Source of the DNA: an uncultured Methylibium sp.
GTDB lineage: Bacteria > Pseudomonadota > Gammaproteobacteria > Burkholderiales > Burkholderiaceae_C
Length of the DNA stretch: 64,000 nucleotides
Assembly: GCA_964616015.1 (NCBI GenBank)
Contig: CAZTTC010000001.1
Span: forward strand, 1,098 to 65,097
Reading direction: 5' to 3'
A program made the position numbers and the translations under genes. Shown here piece by piece: positions 18,425 to 28,705 of the stretch (position 1 is the first letter of the stretch; every line of letters starts with the position of its first letter). The notes beneath the pieces are model-generated. The model searched no databases. It worked only from the letters and a program-made list of their open reading frames with translations, and was not told the origin of the DNA.

Positions 18425-20119
18425 ATGTACGCGCCGTTCTTCGGGCTGAAGCAGGAGCCGTTCTCGATCGCGCCGGATCCGCGCTATCTCTTCATGAGCG
18501 AGCGCCACCGCGAGGCGCTGGCGCACCTGCTGTATGGCGTCAAGGGCGGCGGCGGCTTCGTGCTGCTGACGGGCGAGATCGGCGCCGGCAAGACCACCGT
18601 GTGCCGCTGCTTCCTGGAACAGATCCCCAAGCGCTGCAACGTCGCCTACGTCTTCAATCCGCGGCTCACGGTCGAGGAACTGCTGCGCTCGGTGTGCGAC
18701 GAGTTCGGCATCCCCAACCCGCACCAGGGACCGGGCGCGGCCACCGTCAAGGACTGGGTCGACGCGCTCAACGAGTTCCTGCTGCGCACGCACGCGGTCG
18801 GCCAGAACAACGTGCTGATCATCGACGAGGCGCAGCAGCTGTCGGCCGACGTGCTGGAGCAGCTGCGCCTGCTCACCAACCTGGAGACCAACGAACGCAA
18901 GCTGCTGCAGATCGTGCTGATCGGCCAGCCCGAGCTGCGCCAGATGCTGGCGCGGCCCGACCTGGAGCAGCTGGCACAGCGCGTGATCGCGCGCTACCAC
19001 CTCGAGCCGCTGTCGGAAGCCGAGACGCTGCAGTACATCCGCCACCGCCTCGCGATCGGCGGGCTGACCACCGCGGCGCCCTTCGGCCGCGAGGCGATGC
19101 AGCGCGTGCACCAGCTGTCGCGCGGCGTGCCGCGGCGCATCAACCTGCTGTGCGACCGCGCGCTGCTGGGCGCCTACGCGACCGGCCGCAACCGCGTCGA
19201 CGCCGCCATCGTCGACAAGGCCGCGAGCGAAGTCTTCGACAAGACGCCGCCGCCGCGCAGCGCGCCGCACCGCCGCTGGTGGCCGGGCCGCATCGAGGCG
19301 CTGGGGCTGGGTCTGGTCGGCGGCGCGGCGTTGTGGGGCCTGGTGTCGTGGGCGATGGACGGCCGCATGGCTGCGCGGCCCGACGCGGCCAGCGCCCAGG
19401 CCGCCGCGCTGCCGGCCGCGTCGGCCCCCGCGCCGACGGCGAGCGCGGCCTCGGGTCCGGCGGCGGCAACGCCCACCGCCGCTGCGTCGGGCCCGGTGGC
19501 TGTCGCCGCGATCGCCGACCTCAAGGCCGGCCTGCAGCGCATGCCGCGCGACGAGGCCGGCGCCTGGCGCGCGCTGGCGCCGCTGTGGAAACTCGACCTC
19601 GGCGAGGGCGAGCCCTGCCGCGCGGCACAGCGCCAGCAGGTGCTCTGCTACAAGGCCAGCGGCACGCTGGCGCTGATCCGCCAGCTGGACCGGCCGGCCA
19701 TCCTGACGCTGCGCGACGACGAGGACCGGCCCGGCTACGCGCTGCTGACCGGCCTGAACGCCCGCAACGCGACGCTGCTGCTGGACGGCACGCCGCAGAG
19801 CGTGCCGCTGGTGGCGCTGGCGCAGCGCTGGCGCGGCGAGTTCGCGACGCTGTGGCGCGCGCCCACCGGCTACTCGCAGCTGCTGGTCGAAGGCAGCGCC
19901 GGCCCGCTGGTCGACGGCCTGGCTGCGCAGCTCGCCAGCCTGCAGGGCGAGGCGGCACCGGCCGCGCCGCAGACCTACGGCCCGGCGCTGCGCTCGCGCG
20001 TCGTCACCTTCCAGGTCGCGCAGGGCCTCAAGCCCGACGGCCTGGCGGGGCCGACGACCTTCATGCAACTCAACCGCCTCGTCGGCGTCGACGAGCCGCG
20101 GCTCCACACGGACTACTGA
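18425..20119 (+). CDS. gspA: ExeA/GspA AAA ATPase with C-terminal peptidoglycan-binding domain
   Basis: [41 protein letters not shown] and [17 protein letters not shown] segment; PG-binding '[14 protein letters not shown]'. Confidence 0.9.
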   Translation: MYAPFFGLKQEPFSIAPDPRYLFMSERHREALAHLLYGVKGGGGFVLLTGEIGAGKTTVCRCFLEQIPKRCNVAYVFNPRLTVEELLRSVCDEFGIPNPHQGPGAATVKDWVDALNEFLLRTHAVGQNNVLIIDEAQQLSADVLEQLRLLTNLETNERKLLQIVLIGQPELRQMLARPDLEQLAQRVIARYHLEPLSEAETLQYIRHRLAIGGLTTAAPFGREAMQRVHQLSRGVPRRINLLCDRALLGAYATGRNRVDAAIVDKAASEVFDKTPPPRSAPHRRWWPGRIEALGLGLVGGAALWGLVSWAMDGRMAARPDAASAQAAALPAASAPAPTASAASGPAAATPTAAASGPVAVAAIADLKAGLQRMPRDEAGAWRALAPLWKLDLGEGEPCRAAQRQQVLCYKASGTLALIRQLDRPAILTLRDDEDRPGYALLTGLNARNATLLLDGTPQSVPLVALAQRWRGEFATLWRAPTGYSQLLVEGSAGPLVDGLAAQLASLQGEAAPAAPQTYGPALRSRVVTFQVAQGLKPDGLAGPTTFMQLNRLVGVDEPRLHTDY

Positions 20120-20204
20120 TGACGACCCCCAAGCTAGCTTCGGTGCAGCCCTCCGCGGGGGCGCTCGGCGCGCTGGGGGCGGCGCGGCGAGGCCTGAGCT
20201 GATG
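20116..20204 (+). repeat. 83-bp intergenic repeat element between CTGATG direct repeats, encoding a coupled 27-aa minigene (20119..20202)
   Basis: TGATG overlaps at both ends; ORF reads [27 protein letters not shown]. Confidence 0.65.
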
Positions 20205-21068
20205 TCCTACATCCTCGACGCCCTCCGGCGCGCCGACTCCGAACGCGAGCGCGGCGCGGTGCCGGGCCTGCATGCGCAGCCCGCCGCCGCGAGCCGTGAC
20301 GACGACGAGGGCGCGGCCGCCGGCGCCGGGACCAATCCGCTGGTCTGGGTGATCGTCGCGCTGGCGCTGGTGCTGCTGGCCTCGCTGGCGTGGAACATGA
20401 TGGGCAGCGGCGACGCGACGGCCGAGCCGGTGGCCGTCGTGCCGACACCGGCGCGAGCGCCCGCGCCGGCGCCGCCGCCCGCCACCGCATCGATGGGACT
20501 CCCTGCCCCCGCGCCGGTCGTCGAGCCCCCGCGGCCAGCGACCGCGGCCGTGGTGGCCGCGGCACCACAGGCGACCGCCGCACCGGCCTTCGTCGCCCCG
20601 CCGTCGCCACCCCGGCCCACGCCCGAGCCCACACCGACAGCGACCGCCACCGCGACCCCGAAGGAAGCCGCTCCCACGCGCGCCACTCCCGAGCCGCCGC
20701 TCGACAGGCCGCTGCCCCGGCCGCAGCGCCCCGGCGCCGAGCCGGCGAAGGCCGTGCCGCCGCCGGCTGCGTCGAAGCCCGCCGCGACCCCGGCCCGGGC
20801 CCAGCCTGCGACCGGCGCCGATGCGACTGCGACCGAGCCGCGCCTCTACGCGGTGAGCGAGCTGCCCGAGGACGTCCGGCGCGCCTTGCCGCTGCTGGCC
20901 TTCGGCGGCTCGGTCTATTCGGAGACGCCGGCCCATCGCATCCTCGTCATCAACGGGCAGGTCTACAACGAAGGCGGACGGCCCACGCCCGACGTCGTCC
21001 TGGAGCAGATCCGCCTGAAGAGCGCCGTGCTGCGCTTTCGCAGCTACCGCTACGAAGTCGCGTATTGA
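20202..21068 (+). CDS. gspB: General secretion pathway protein GspB/ExeB
   Basis: MSYILDALRRADSERERG, TM segment, Pro/Ala-rich linker and C-terminal T2SSB domain 'YSE.PAHRILVING..Y.EG'. Confidence 0.88.
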   Translation: MSYILDALRRADSERERGAVPGLHAQPAAASRDDDEGAAAGAGTNPLVWVIVALALVLLASLAWNMMGSGDATAEPVAVVPTPARAPAPAPPPATASMGLPAPAPVVEPPRPATAAVVAAAPQATAAPAFVAPPSPPRPTPEPTPTATATATPKEAAPTRATPEPPLDRPLPRPQRPGAEPAKAVPPPAASKPAATPARAQPATGADATATEPRLYAVSELPEDVRRALPLLAFGGSVYSETPAHRILVINGQVYNEGGRPTPDVVLEQIRLKSAVLRFRSYRYEVAY

Positions 21069-21197
21069 AGGCGGAGAAGAAAGACAAAGGAACCGGAGAG
21101 CCGGCCGGATCGGTCGCGCACGAAGCGTGACCCAGGATTCAGCCCCGACTCGTTATCCTCAGGGTTCCGTTGGGACCTTCACTACAAGGAAACGAGA

Positions 21198-21527
21198 ATG
21201 ACCCGGACCATCGCTCAGATCGAGAAGCAGATTGCCCGCCTGAAGAAGCAGGCCGACGCGATCAAGCAGAAGGAAGTCGGCGGCGTGATCGCGCGCATCA
21301 GGGAAGCGATCGCGCATTACGGACTCACGGCCGCCGACCTCGGGCTCGCCAAGCGCACCAAGGCCGCCGTGGCCGGCAAGAAGAAGCCGGGCCGCCGCAA
21401 GAAGAGCGCACTGCCGGTCAAGTTCCGCGACGCGGCCGGCAACAGCTGGAACGGCCACGGCCGCCGGCCGAAGTGGTTCCTCGAGGCGCTGGCCTCGGGC
21501 AAGAAGCCGGACGACCTGCTGGTCTGA
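21198..21527 (+). CDS. hns: H-NS family nucleoid-associated protein
   Basis: AAGGA RBS; coiled-coil N-terminus; 'KFRD..GNSWNGHGRRPKW' DNA-binding motif. Confidence 0.9.
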   Translation: MTRTIAQIEKQIARLKKQADAIKQKEVGGVIARIREAIAHYGLTAADLGLAKRTKAAVAGKKKPGRRKKSALPVKFRDAAGNSWNGHGRRPKWFLEALASGKKPDDLLV

Positions 21528-21950
21528 TCCGCGCGGCGCGGCGTCACTTCGCCGCGCAGGAGGTCCGGGGAAAGCACACCCGCTCCCCGGGCCGCCCGAG
21601 GCTGACCTCGCTGATGGCCGAGGGCGGCGTGATCCTCAGCGGCCGCATCGAGGCCGACGACCCGGCCTCCAACGCAGGAACGCAGGCGCAGATCGCGGTG
21701 GCAGATCGCCAGGGCCGGCTGCTCGCCTGAGCCTCGCGCCCAGGCCTCCGCCGTGCAAGCTTGGCGTCAACCCGGTGGCCCGATCTGGGCGCGGCTTCGC
21801 GCTCACTTTCCGCGATTCGGCCCGGGGGCCGGTCCTAAGCTTCCCGCAGCAGTTCCCTGACCCCTGTTTCGCCCTGCAACGACCACCGGCCGCGTCCTCC
21901 TCCCAGCGGATCGAGACCCTCCGGGATCGCCTTGCCAACCAGGAGCTCCC

Positions 21951-23516
21951 ATGTTCTTCAGTCACCTCTCCGTCAAGGCCAAGCTGGCCGTCGCCTTCGC
22001 GATCCTGACCGCCATCGTGCTGGGTGTCTCGGCCCTGGCAATCCGCGCGCTGGCCAACGAACACCACAGCTTCTCGAGCTACGTCGACGAGACCGCCGCG
22101 CGCATCACGCTGGCCAACGACGTGCTGGACAGCGCCAACGCCCGCGCCGTCGCGGCCCGCAACCTGGTGCTGGTCACGGCCCCCGCCGACCGCGACACCG
22201 AGAAGGCCGCCGTGACCGCCGCCCACCAGAAGGTCAAGGACACCTTCGTCAAGCTGAAGAAGGCGCTGGACACGATGCCCGACGTCGACGCCCAGGAACG
22301 CAAGCTGTTCGAGGAACTCGATGGCGTCGAGTCGCGCTACGGCCCGGTGGCGCTGAACATCGTCGGCATGGTCCTGGACGGCAAGCGCGACGAGGCCGTT
22401 GCCAGGATGAACACCGACTGCCGACCGCTGCTGGCCGCGCTGATCCGCTCGGCCAACCGCTACATCGAGCACACTTCGGCCCAGGCCGCGGCCGCCGTCC
22501 GGCAGGCCGATGCCTCGTCGTCGATGAACCGCAACATGATGCTGGGCGCCAGCCTCGCTGCGGTGCTGGTGGCCATCACGCTGGCGATGGCGATCACGCG
22601 CGCCATCGTCGGCCCGATCAACCGTGCGGTGGAAGTGGCCGAGACCGTGGCCGCCGGCGACCTGCGCTCCCACATCGACAGCAGCGCCCGCGACGAGACC
22701 GGCAAGCTGCTGGCCGCCCTGAGGAAGATGAACGACAGCCTGGTCGGCATCGTCGGCAGCGTGCGCCAGAGCAGCGACAGCATCGCCACCGGCAGCGCGC
22801 AGATCGCCACCGGCAACGCCGACCTGTCGCAGCGCACCGAACAGCAGGCCGCCAACCTCGAAGAGACGGCCGCCTCGATGGAGCAGATGACCGCCACCGT
22901 GAAGGCCAATGCCGACACGGCGCGCCAGGCGATCGCGCTGGCCGGCTCGGCCAGCGGCGCCGCCGAGAAGGGCGGCCAGGTCGTGGGCCAGGTCGTGACC
23001 ACGATGGACGACATCACCGAGAGCTCGAAGAAGATCGCCGACATCATCGGCGTCATCGACGGCATCGCCTTCCAGACCAACATCCTGGCGCTCAACGCCG
23101 CGGTGGAAGCGGCGCGCGCCGGCGAACAGGGCCGCGGCTTCGCGGTCGTCGCCAGCGAGGTGCGCAACCTGGCGCAACGCAGCGCCAGCGCCGCCAAGGA
23201 GATCAAGGAACTGATCGGCGCCAGCGTCGACAAGGTCGAGGTCGGCACCAAGCTCGTTGACGACGCCCGCGCGTCGATGGACGACATCGTGGTGCAGGTC
23301 AAGCGCGTCTCGGACCTGATCTCCGAGATCGGCTCGGCGACCCTCGAGCAGACCAGCGGCATCGGCCAGGTGAGCACCGCGGTCTCGCAGCTCGACCAGG
23401 CCACGCAGCAGAACGCCGCGCTGGTCGAGCAGAGCGCGGCGGCCGCCGACAGCCTGAGCCAGCAGGCCGCCAAGCTGGCCCAGCTGGTCGGCGTCTTCAA
23501 GCTCGCCCAGGGCTGA
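21951..23516 (+). CDS. Methyl-accepting chemotaxis protein (4HB sensor, HAMP)
   Basis: AGGAG RBS; two TM segments; [34 protein letters not shown]. Confidence 0.95.
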   Translation: MFFSHLSVKAKLAVAFAILTAIVLGVSALAIRALANEHHSFSSYVDETAARITLANDVLDSANARAVAARNLVLVTAPADRDTEKAAVTAAHQKVKDTFVKLKKALDTMPDVDAQERKLFEELDGVESRYGPVALNIVGMVLDGKRDEAVARMNTDCRPLLAALIRSANRYIEHTSAQAAAAVRQADASSSMNRNMMLGASLAAVLVAITLAMAITRAIVGPINRAVEVAETVAAGDLRSHIDSSARDETGKLLAALRKMNDSLVGIVGSVRQSSDSIATGSAQIATGNADLSQRTEQQAANLEETAASMEQMTATVKANADTARQAIALAGSASGAAEKGGQVVGQVVTTMDDITESSKKIADIIGVIDGIAFQTNILALNAAVEAARAGEQGRGFAVVASEVRNLAQRSASAAKEIKELIGASVDKVEVGTKLVDDARASMDDIVVQVKRVSDLISEIGSATLEQTSGIGQVSTAVSQLDQATQQNAALVEQSAAAADSLSQQAAKLAQLVGVFKLAQG

Positions 23517-26500
23517 TCCTCCCGGCCACGTCGGCCCCGCCGGTCAGGCCGCGCGCCAGACCGGCGCAGCGCTGCGCATCGATCGGGTGCCCGGCCTCGC
23601 GGAAGCGCGCCGCTGCGGCCGTGAAGCGCGACGCCGCCACCGCGTCGCCCTCGCCGCGCGCCAGCGCGAGGTGGCCGGCCACCTCGTCCTGCGCGGCGTA
23701 CCAGGCCGGCAGCCGCATCACCACCTGGGCCAGGTAGCTCGACTGTGCCTCGTACTCGCCGGCCAGGTCCAGCCGCTTCGCGCGCGCTGCCGCGATGGCC
23801 GCCGGCATGGCGAAGGTGATGCGGCAGCCGGGGCAGGTTTCCAGCGGGCCGCGCACGGCCTCGCGCGCTTCCTCGAGCGCGTGCAGCGCGGCCGTGGGGT
23901 CCGGCGCGAGCTGGATGCGCGTGCCATAGATGCGGTCCAGCAGGTGAAAGCCGATGTCGGTCTGGCGGGCCAGGTCCAGCGCCTGGTCGAGCAGCGTGCG
24001 GGCCTCGTCGTGCCGGCCGCGGCACATCGCGACCTCGGCCAGCCGTTGCAGCGAGAAGGCCTCGCCGGTGGCGCCGCCGATGGCGTGGTGCAGCCGCGCG
24101 CCCTCGCGCAGGTGGGCCTCGGCGGCGTCGAGCTCGCCCGACAGCAGTTCGGCCTCGCCGCGGATCGTGACACCGAAGGCATGGCCGCGCGCGGCGCCGA
24201 CCCGCCGGGCCTCGCGCGCCAGCGACTCGGCGAACTCGATCACCTCGCGGTACGGCCGCGCGCCGTAGAGGAAGCGCTGCGTCATGCACAGCTGGCCATC
24301 GAACACGCGGGCGGCCAGCTGCGGCAGGTGGCTGGTCTCGCGCAGGTCGGCCCAGACGCTGGCGTGCAGGTCGCCGCGCGCATGCGCCGCGGCGGCCTGG
24401 GCCCAGGACGCCACGACGAGGCCCGCCGTGTCGCCGGACTCGAGCGCGAGGCGCCGCGCTTCGGCCGCCTTGTGCGTGCCCAGCGCCGGATCGATCGCGC
24501 CCAGCGCCGCCGCGCCGCTGTAGGCCAGCGCCTCGCACAGCCGACCCTCGACGGTCTGCGGCCGCAGCCCGGCCAGCGCCTCCAGGCCGCCCTTGGGGTC
24601 GCCCTGCTTGATCTGTGCCAGTGCGCCCTTGACGCGCAGGTCCTGCGCCATCGGCTCGCCGCAGGCCTCGGCTGCCGCGCGGTAGGCCGCCACGGCGGCC
24701 GGATCGCCCATCGCGTCCAGTGCCTCGGCGCGCAGCCGCAGCGCTTCGGGATCGCCCGGCCGGACCTCCAGCGCCGGCTGCAGGTGGCGCAGCGCGTCGC
24801 TGAAGGCGGCCAGGCGCAAGGCCTCGCGCGCGGCCGCCAGCCACCAGGGCAGGGCGTCACGCGGGCTGCCGCCATCGAGCCAGTGGCGCGCCACCAGCAC
24901 CGGCGCGGCATCGAGCTCGGCGAGCCGCTGCGCGGCCTCGCGGTGCATCTTCAGGCGACGGTGTGGTGCGATCTGCTCGATCAGCGCCTGGCGCACCAGG
25001 TCGTGCCGGAAGCGGTAGCGCGAGCCCGCGAGCACGAGGACGCCCGCGGCCAGCGCGCTGTCCAGCACCGCCATCGCGTGCGCCTCGGGGTCGGGCACGA
25101 TGGCCAGGGCGGTGCCGGCGTCGAACTCGTCGCCGGCCAACGCCATCCACTGCAACGCGGCCAGCGTCGTGTCGGGCACGTCGCACAGGCGCGCCGCGAT
25201 GGCCTCGCCGGCGGTGCGCGGCACGCGGCCGTCGACGCCGACGCAGCGCGCCAGCTCGATGGCCGCGAAGGGGCTGCCCTGGGCGTCTCGCACGATGCGG
25301 GCGATGGTGTCGTCGGCCAGCGCACGCGGCGCCGCCTGCACGACGAGGCGGCGCGCCTCGTCGTCGGCCAGCGGCTCGAGGTCGATCGCCTTCAGCACGC
25401 CCGACCCCAGCAGCCGCGCAACGCCGCGCCCGAGGGCCGAGCCGGCCCGCGCCGCCCGCAGGGTGAGCACGACGCACAGCGGCGCGCCGGCGCTGGCCAG
25501 GTGCATCAGCACGTCGACGTCGGCGTCGTCGATGAGGTGCGCGTCGTCGACCTGCACCAGCAGCTCGCGCCCGCGCGCGGCCGCCACCAGCAAGCGACGC
25601 ACGGCGCCGATCACCTGGTGGCGCCCCAGCGGGCCGGCCAGCGCATCGGCCGGCGCAGCGAGCGGACTGATCAGCGCCAGCACCGAGCGGGCCGGCGCGC
25701 CAACGACGTCGAGCGCAGCGCGGTCGCCGAGCAGCACGCGCTCCACCAGCGCCGCGATCACCGCGTAGGCACGGCCCGCCTGCGTGGCGTCGACGCCGAC
25801 CCCGGCCCAGCCGCGCTTGCGGGCCTGGGCGTCCAGCTGGCGGCAGAACGCCGTCTTGCCGATGCCGGCCGGGCCGCGCACCACCAGGCCGCCCGGCCGC
25901 TCGCGGGCCGGGCTCGCCAGCCAGGCCAGGGTCTGTGCCAGCGCCAGGCTGCGTCCGACGTAGGCCGGACCGGCCTGCTGCAGTCCGGCGACGCAGCGCG
26001 CGTACAGCATGTCCGTCTCGCGCTCGGGCGCGATGCCGAGCTCGCGCTGGAGGGCCTCGCGCAGGCGCGCGTACCAGCGGATCGCCGCGGCGCGGTTGCC
26101 GGCATCGACCTCGCGGGCCATCAGCTCGCGGTGGGCGTGCTCGTCGGTGGGGTCGACTTCCACCAGCCGCTCCCACAGGCCGCCGGCGCGCAGCAAGTCG
26201 GCGTGCAGGGCATGCAGGCGCTCACGCGCCGGCTCGGCCCAGGCCTCGTAGCGCCCGCCGGGCAACAGCTCTCCGCCATGGCGGCCGGCCACCTCGGCAC
26301 AGGCCGCGGCATCGCGAGCGGCCAGTGCGGCGCGCGCCTGCTGCTCGAAGGCGACGGCGTCGACCACCACGGCCCCATGCGGCCACAGCGCGACGTCGCC
26401 GCCTTGCAGCACCACCGCCTCGTGCCGGCCGAGGGCCTGGCGGGCATGGTGGGCGGCCTTGCGCAGGTTGGCCGCGCCGGCCTCGAGGCCGAGCTGTGGC

Positions 26501-26685
26501 CACAGCGCGTCGACGACCTGCTCGCGGCCCAGCCGGTGCCGCGGCGCCAGGCTCAGCAGTTGCACCAGGTGCTGGGCGCGCAGGCTGGGCCAGCGTGCGC
26601 CGGCGATCGCGACGCCGTCGACGCAGGCCGAGAAGTCGCCGAGCAGGCGGACCTCGAGGCGGCCGGAGGGGTCGGGAGACGTCAT
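23497..26685 (-). CDS. Large SARP/AfsR-type regulator: wHTH-BTAD + AAA/STAND ATPase + TPR-like helical region
   Basis: 'LEVRLLGDF...LWP...AANLRKA..H' wHTH; BTAD '[12 protein letters not shown]'; Walker A GPAGIGKT; Walker B VDDAHLID; 'GSPF'; 'YRFRHDLVR'. Confidence 0.85.
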   Translation of the reverse strand: MTSPDPSGRLEVRLLGDFSACVDGVAIAGARWPSLRAQHLVQLLSLAPRHRLGREQVVDALWPQLGLEAGAANLRKAAHHARQALGRHEAVVLQGGDVALWPHGAVVVDAVAFEQQARAALAARDAAACAEVAGRHGGELLPGGRYEAWAEPARERLHALHADLLRAGGLWERLVEVDPTDEHAHRELMAREVDAGNRAAAIRWYARLREALQRELGIAPERETDMLYARCVAGLQQAGPAYVGRSLALAQTLAWLASPARERPGGLVVRGPAGIGKTAFCRQLDAQARKRGWAGVGVDATQAGRAYAVIAALVERVLLGDRAALDVVGAPARSVLALISPLAAPADALAGPLGRHQVIGAVRRLLVAAARGRELLVQVDDAHLIDDADVDVLMHLASAGAPLCVVLTLRAARAGSALGRGVARLLGSGVLKAIDLEPLADDEARRLVVQAAPRALADDTIARIVRDAQGSPFAAIELARCVGVDGRVPRTAGEAIAARLCDVPDTTLAALQWMALAGDEFDAGTALAIVPDPEAHAMAVLDSALAAGVLVLAGSRYRFRHDLVRQALIEQIAPHRRLKMHREAAQRLAELDAAPVLVARHWLDGGSPRDALPWWLAAAREALRLAAFSDALRHLQPALEVRPGDPEALRLRAEALDAMGDPAAVAAYRAAAEACGEPMAQDLRVKGALAQIKQGDPKGGLEALAGLRPQTVEGRLCEALAYSGAAALGAIDPALGTHKAAEARRLALESGDTAGLVVASWAQAAAAHARGDLHASVWADLRETSHLPQLAARVFDGQLCMTQRFLYGARPYREVIEFAESLAREARRVGAARGHAFGVTIRGEAELLSGELDAAEAHLREGARLHHAIGGATGEAFSLQRLAEVAMCRGRHDEARTLLDQALDLARQTDIGFHLLDRIYGTRIQLAPDPTAALHALEEAREAVRGPLETCPGCRITFAMPAAIAAARAKRLDLAGEYEAQSSYLAQVVMRLPAWYAAQDEVAGHLALARGEGDAVAASRFTAAAARFREAGHPIDAQRCAGLARGLTGGADVAGRISPGRA

Positions 26686-26738
26686 GACCGCCCGAGTTTG
26701 CAGACCTCGACCGGGGCGCACAAGCACCCCGGTCGCCG

Positions 26739-26755
26739 GGAACGTTTCAGGAACG
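26739..26755 (+). promoter_or_regulatory. Direct repeat GGAACG-N5-GGAACG (11-bp period), candidate SARP binding site
   Basis: Lies in the intergenic region between the SARP gene and the divergent globin gene. Confidence 0.45.
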
Positions 26756-26820
26756 CCGGGGCGCGACGCTGCGGACCTGCAGGCCGATGGTCGGCCTGCG
26801 TTCACCCCAAGGAGTTCACC

Positions 26821-27180
26821 ATGCCCGAGACCCTCTACCAACGCCTGGGCGGCGCCGAACGCATCGGCGCCATCGTCGACGACGCCCTCGACCGCCATGC
26901 CGTCAACCCGCTGCTGGCGCCGCGCTTCAAGGGCAAGGACCTGCCGCGCCTGAAGCAGCTGGGCACGCAGTTCGTCTGCATGGGCTCGGGCGGCCCGCAG
27001 AAGTACGAGGGCCGCGACCTGCGCAGCTCGCACGCCGGCATGAACGCGAGCGAGCAGGAGCTGATCGCGGCCATCGACGACTTCGTCGCCGCGATGCAAG
27101 GCCAGGGTGTCGGCACGGCGGAGGTCAACGAGGTCGTCGCGATCATGTACTCGCTCAAGGGCGAGGTGCTGCGGCTCTGA
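26821..27180 (+). CDS. Group 1 truncated hemoglobin
   Basis: AAGGAG RBS; TLYQRLGG, GGPQKYEGR and proximal His in 'SSHAGM'. Confidence 0.9.
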   Translation: MPETLYQRLGGAERIGAIVDDALDRHAVNPLLAPRFKGKDLPRLKQLGTQFVCMGSGGPQKYEGRDLRSSHAGMNASEQELIAAIDDFVAAMQGQGVGTAEVNEVVAIMYSLKGEVLRL

Positions 27181-27434
27181 GCGTGCAGGTGCACGCCACC
27201 GTCGAGGGGGCAGGTCGCCTGTGCGCTCGAGCCAAGGCGCCTTGTCGAGATTCGCAGGCCGCGACCCCGCCCCCATGGTGAGAATGACCGCCCTCATGGG
27301 CTGCGCAGGCCGGTCGCCGCCTCGGCGGCTCGGGCGGGCACGCGGACACCGCCGACGGCGTCGCGCTCGCCATCGTCGACGGCCGCGCCGGCAGCGTGGT
27401 CGACGTCATCCGTGCGCTGACGCCTGGCCGACGC

Positions 27435-28355
27435 TCAGCCTCCGCCGCCGATCTCGAAGTCACGCAGGCTCAGCGCCGGCCGCACGGCAGGGAGCACCGG
27501 CCGGACCCAGGTGGCGCGATCGATCGGCGCCGGCTCCGCGGCTTGCCGCGCTGCGATCTCATCGGCCAGTGCGCGGGTCAGCTCGGTCATCAGCCCCGCA
27601 TCGTCCTGACGCACCAGCACGCCGATGTTGATCTTGACCGGGTGTTCGAAGCCGGTCGGTGCCAGCCGGGTGGCCGGCACGCGACTGCGGTAGCGGTCCC
27701 ACAGGGCAACGTCCACGAGCGCCAGCTCGGCCTCGCCGGCCTCGACCGCCGCCAGCACATCCTCGCGCACGTTGTAGCCCTTGATCGACGTCGCCAGCAC
27801 GCCGCTGCGCCAGGCGCCGAGCGCGAGCGAGGCCATCGAGCCGGCGCGCACCGCGATCGTGTGGCCCTGCGCATCGGCGAGCGAGCGCAGCGTCGAGCCG
27901 CCGCGCGCGACCAGCACCATGGCCGTCGCGCGGTAGGCGCCGCCGCCGATGACCGGCACCAGCGCCTGGTAGGGCCGCTGCCGCAGCGGCTTGGCGCCGG
28001 GATAGTCGGGCGTGCGCGCCTTGTCGGCCAGCATCGGGGCGAGCTGCGGCTCGTAGAGCGGGATGCCGGCGACGATGTCGCAGGCCCGCGCGGCGAGCAG
28101 CGCCCGCGCGTCCAGCGAGAGGTTGCCCTCCCTGTCGTAGCGGCCTTCGAACCAGACCAGCTCCAGCGCGCGTCCCATGCGCCGGGACATCGACGTCAGC
28201 AGCTCGACGTCGAAGCCGCGCGGCTGCCCGTCGTCGAGCGACGAATAGGGCGCGCTCTCCTGCGCGACACAGGTGCGCAGCGCTGCAGGGTCGGCGGCGA
28301 CCGCGGATGCCGCGGCCAGCGCGGCCAGGGCCGTGCCGAGCGCCGCGCGCCTCAC
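27435..28355 (-). CDS. Quinoprotein-associated substrate-binding protein (MxaJ/XoxJ-like, PBP type 2)
   Basis: Signal peptide; 'LRTCV....PYS....GFDVEL' and 'CDIVAG'; last gene of the PQQ operon. Confidence 0.75.
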   Translation of the reverse strand: MRRAALGTALAALAAASAVAADPAALRTCVAQESAPYSSLDDGQPRGFDVELLTSMSRRMGRALELVWFEGRYDREGNLSLDARALLAARACDIVAGIPLYEPQLAPMLADKARTPDYPGAKPLRQRPYQALVPVIGGGAYRATAMVLVARGGSTLRSLADAQGHTIAVRAGSMASLALGAWRSGVLATSIKGYNVREDVLAAVEAGEAELALVDVALWDRYRSRVPATRLAPTGFEHPVKINIGVLVRQDDAGLMTELTRALADEIAARQAAEPAPIDRATWVRPVLPAVRPALSLRDFEIGGGG

Positions 28356-28705
28356 GGCTTGCCGCCGGTCAGGACGTAGGCCCAGATCAGCCGGATCTGC
28401 TCGTCGCTCAGCGAGCCCTTCCAGGCCGGCATCGAACCCCTGCCGTCCTTCACCGAGTCGAAGAAGCGCTGGGGATCCTCGGGCGGGAACTTGCGCAGGT
28501 CATAGGACACCGTGCCGGGGTTCACCATGTTGAAGCCGTGGCAGTGCGAGCAGTTGCGGCTGTAGAGGCTGCGGCCGGCCTGGACGGCGTCCGGGCCTGG
28601 CGAGGGCGGCGCCTGGTCCTGGGCACCGGCCGGCGAAGCCGGTGCTCCCAGCATGGCCATCGCCAGCAAGGTGGCCCCGAGCGCAGGCGCCACCGACTTC
28701 CTCAT
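28352..28705 (-). CDS. Cytochrome c (c550-like electron acceptor of the PQQ dehydrogenase)
   Basis: ATGA overlap; signal peptide; CSHCH heme motif; MPAW distal Met. Confidence 0.9.
   Translation of the reverse strand: MRKSVAPALGATLLAMAMLGAPASPAGAQDQAPPSPGPDAVQAGRSLYSRNCSHCHGFNMVNPGTVSYDLRKFPPEDPQRFFDSVKDGRGSMPAWKGSLSDEQIRLIWAYVLTGGKP

Noticed and set aside
20440..20840. Pro/Ala/Thr low-complexity repeats
   Set aside because: Ordinary GspB periplasmic linker.
21614..21730. 38-aa ORF MAEGGVILSGRIEADD... after hns
   Set aside because: Too short, no clear RBS or family; at most a gene remnant.
27181..27434. Protein-like fragment (ADTADGVALAIVDGRAGSVVDVIRAL) between the globin and the XoxJ-like gene
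   Set aside because: No convincing start or identifiable family; it may be a pseudogene scrap but cannot be supported.
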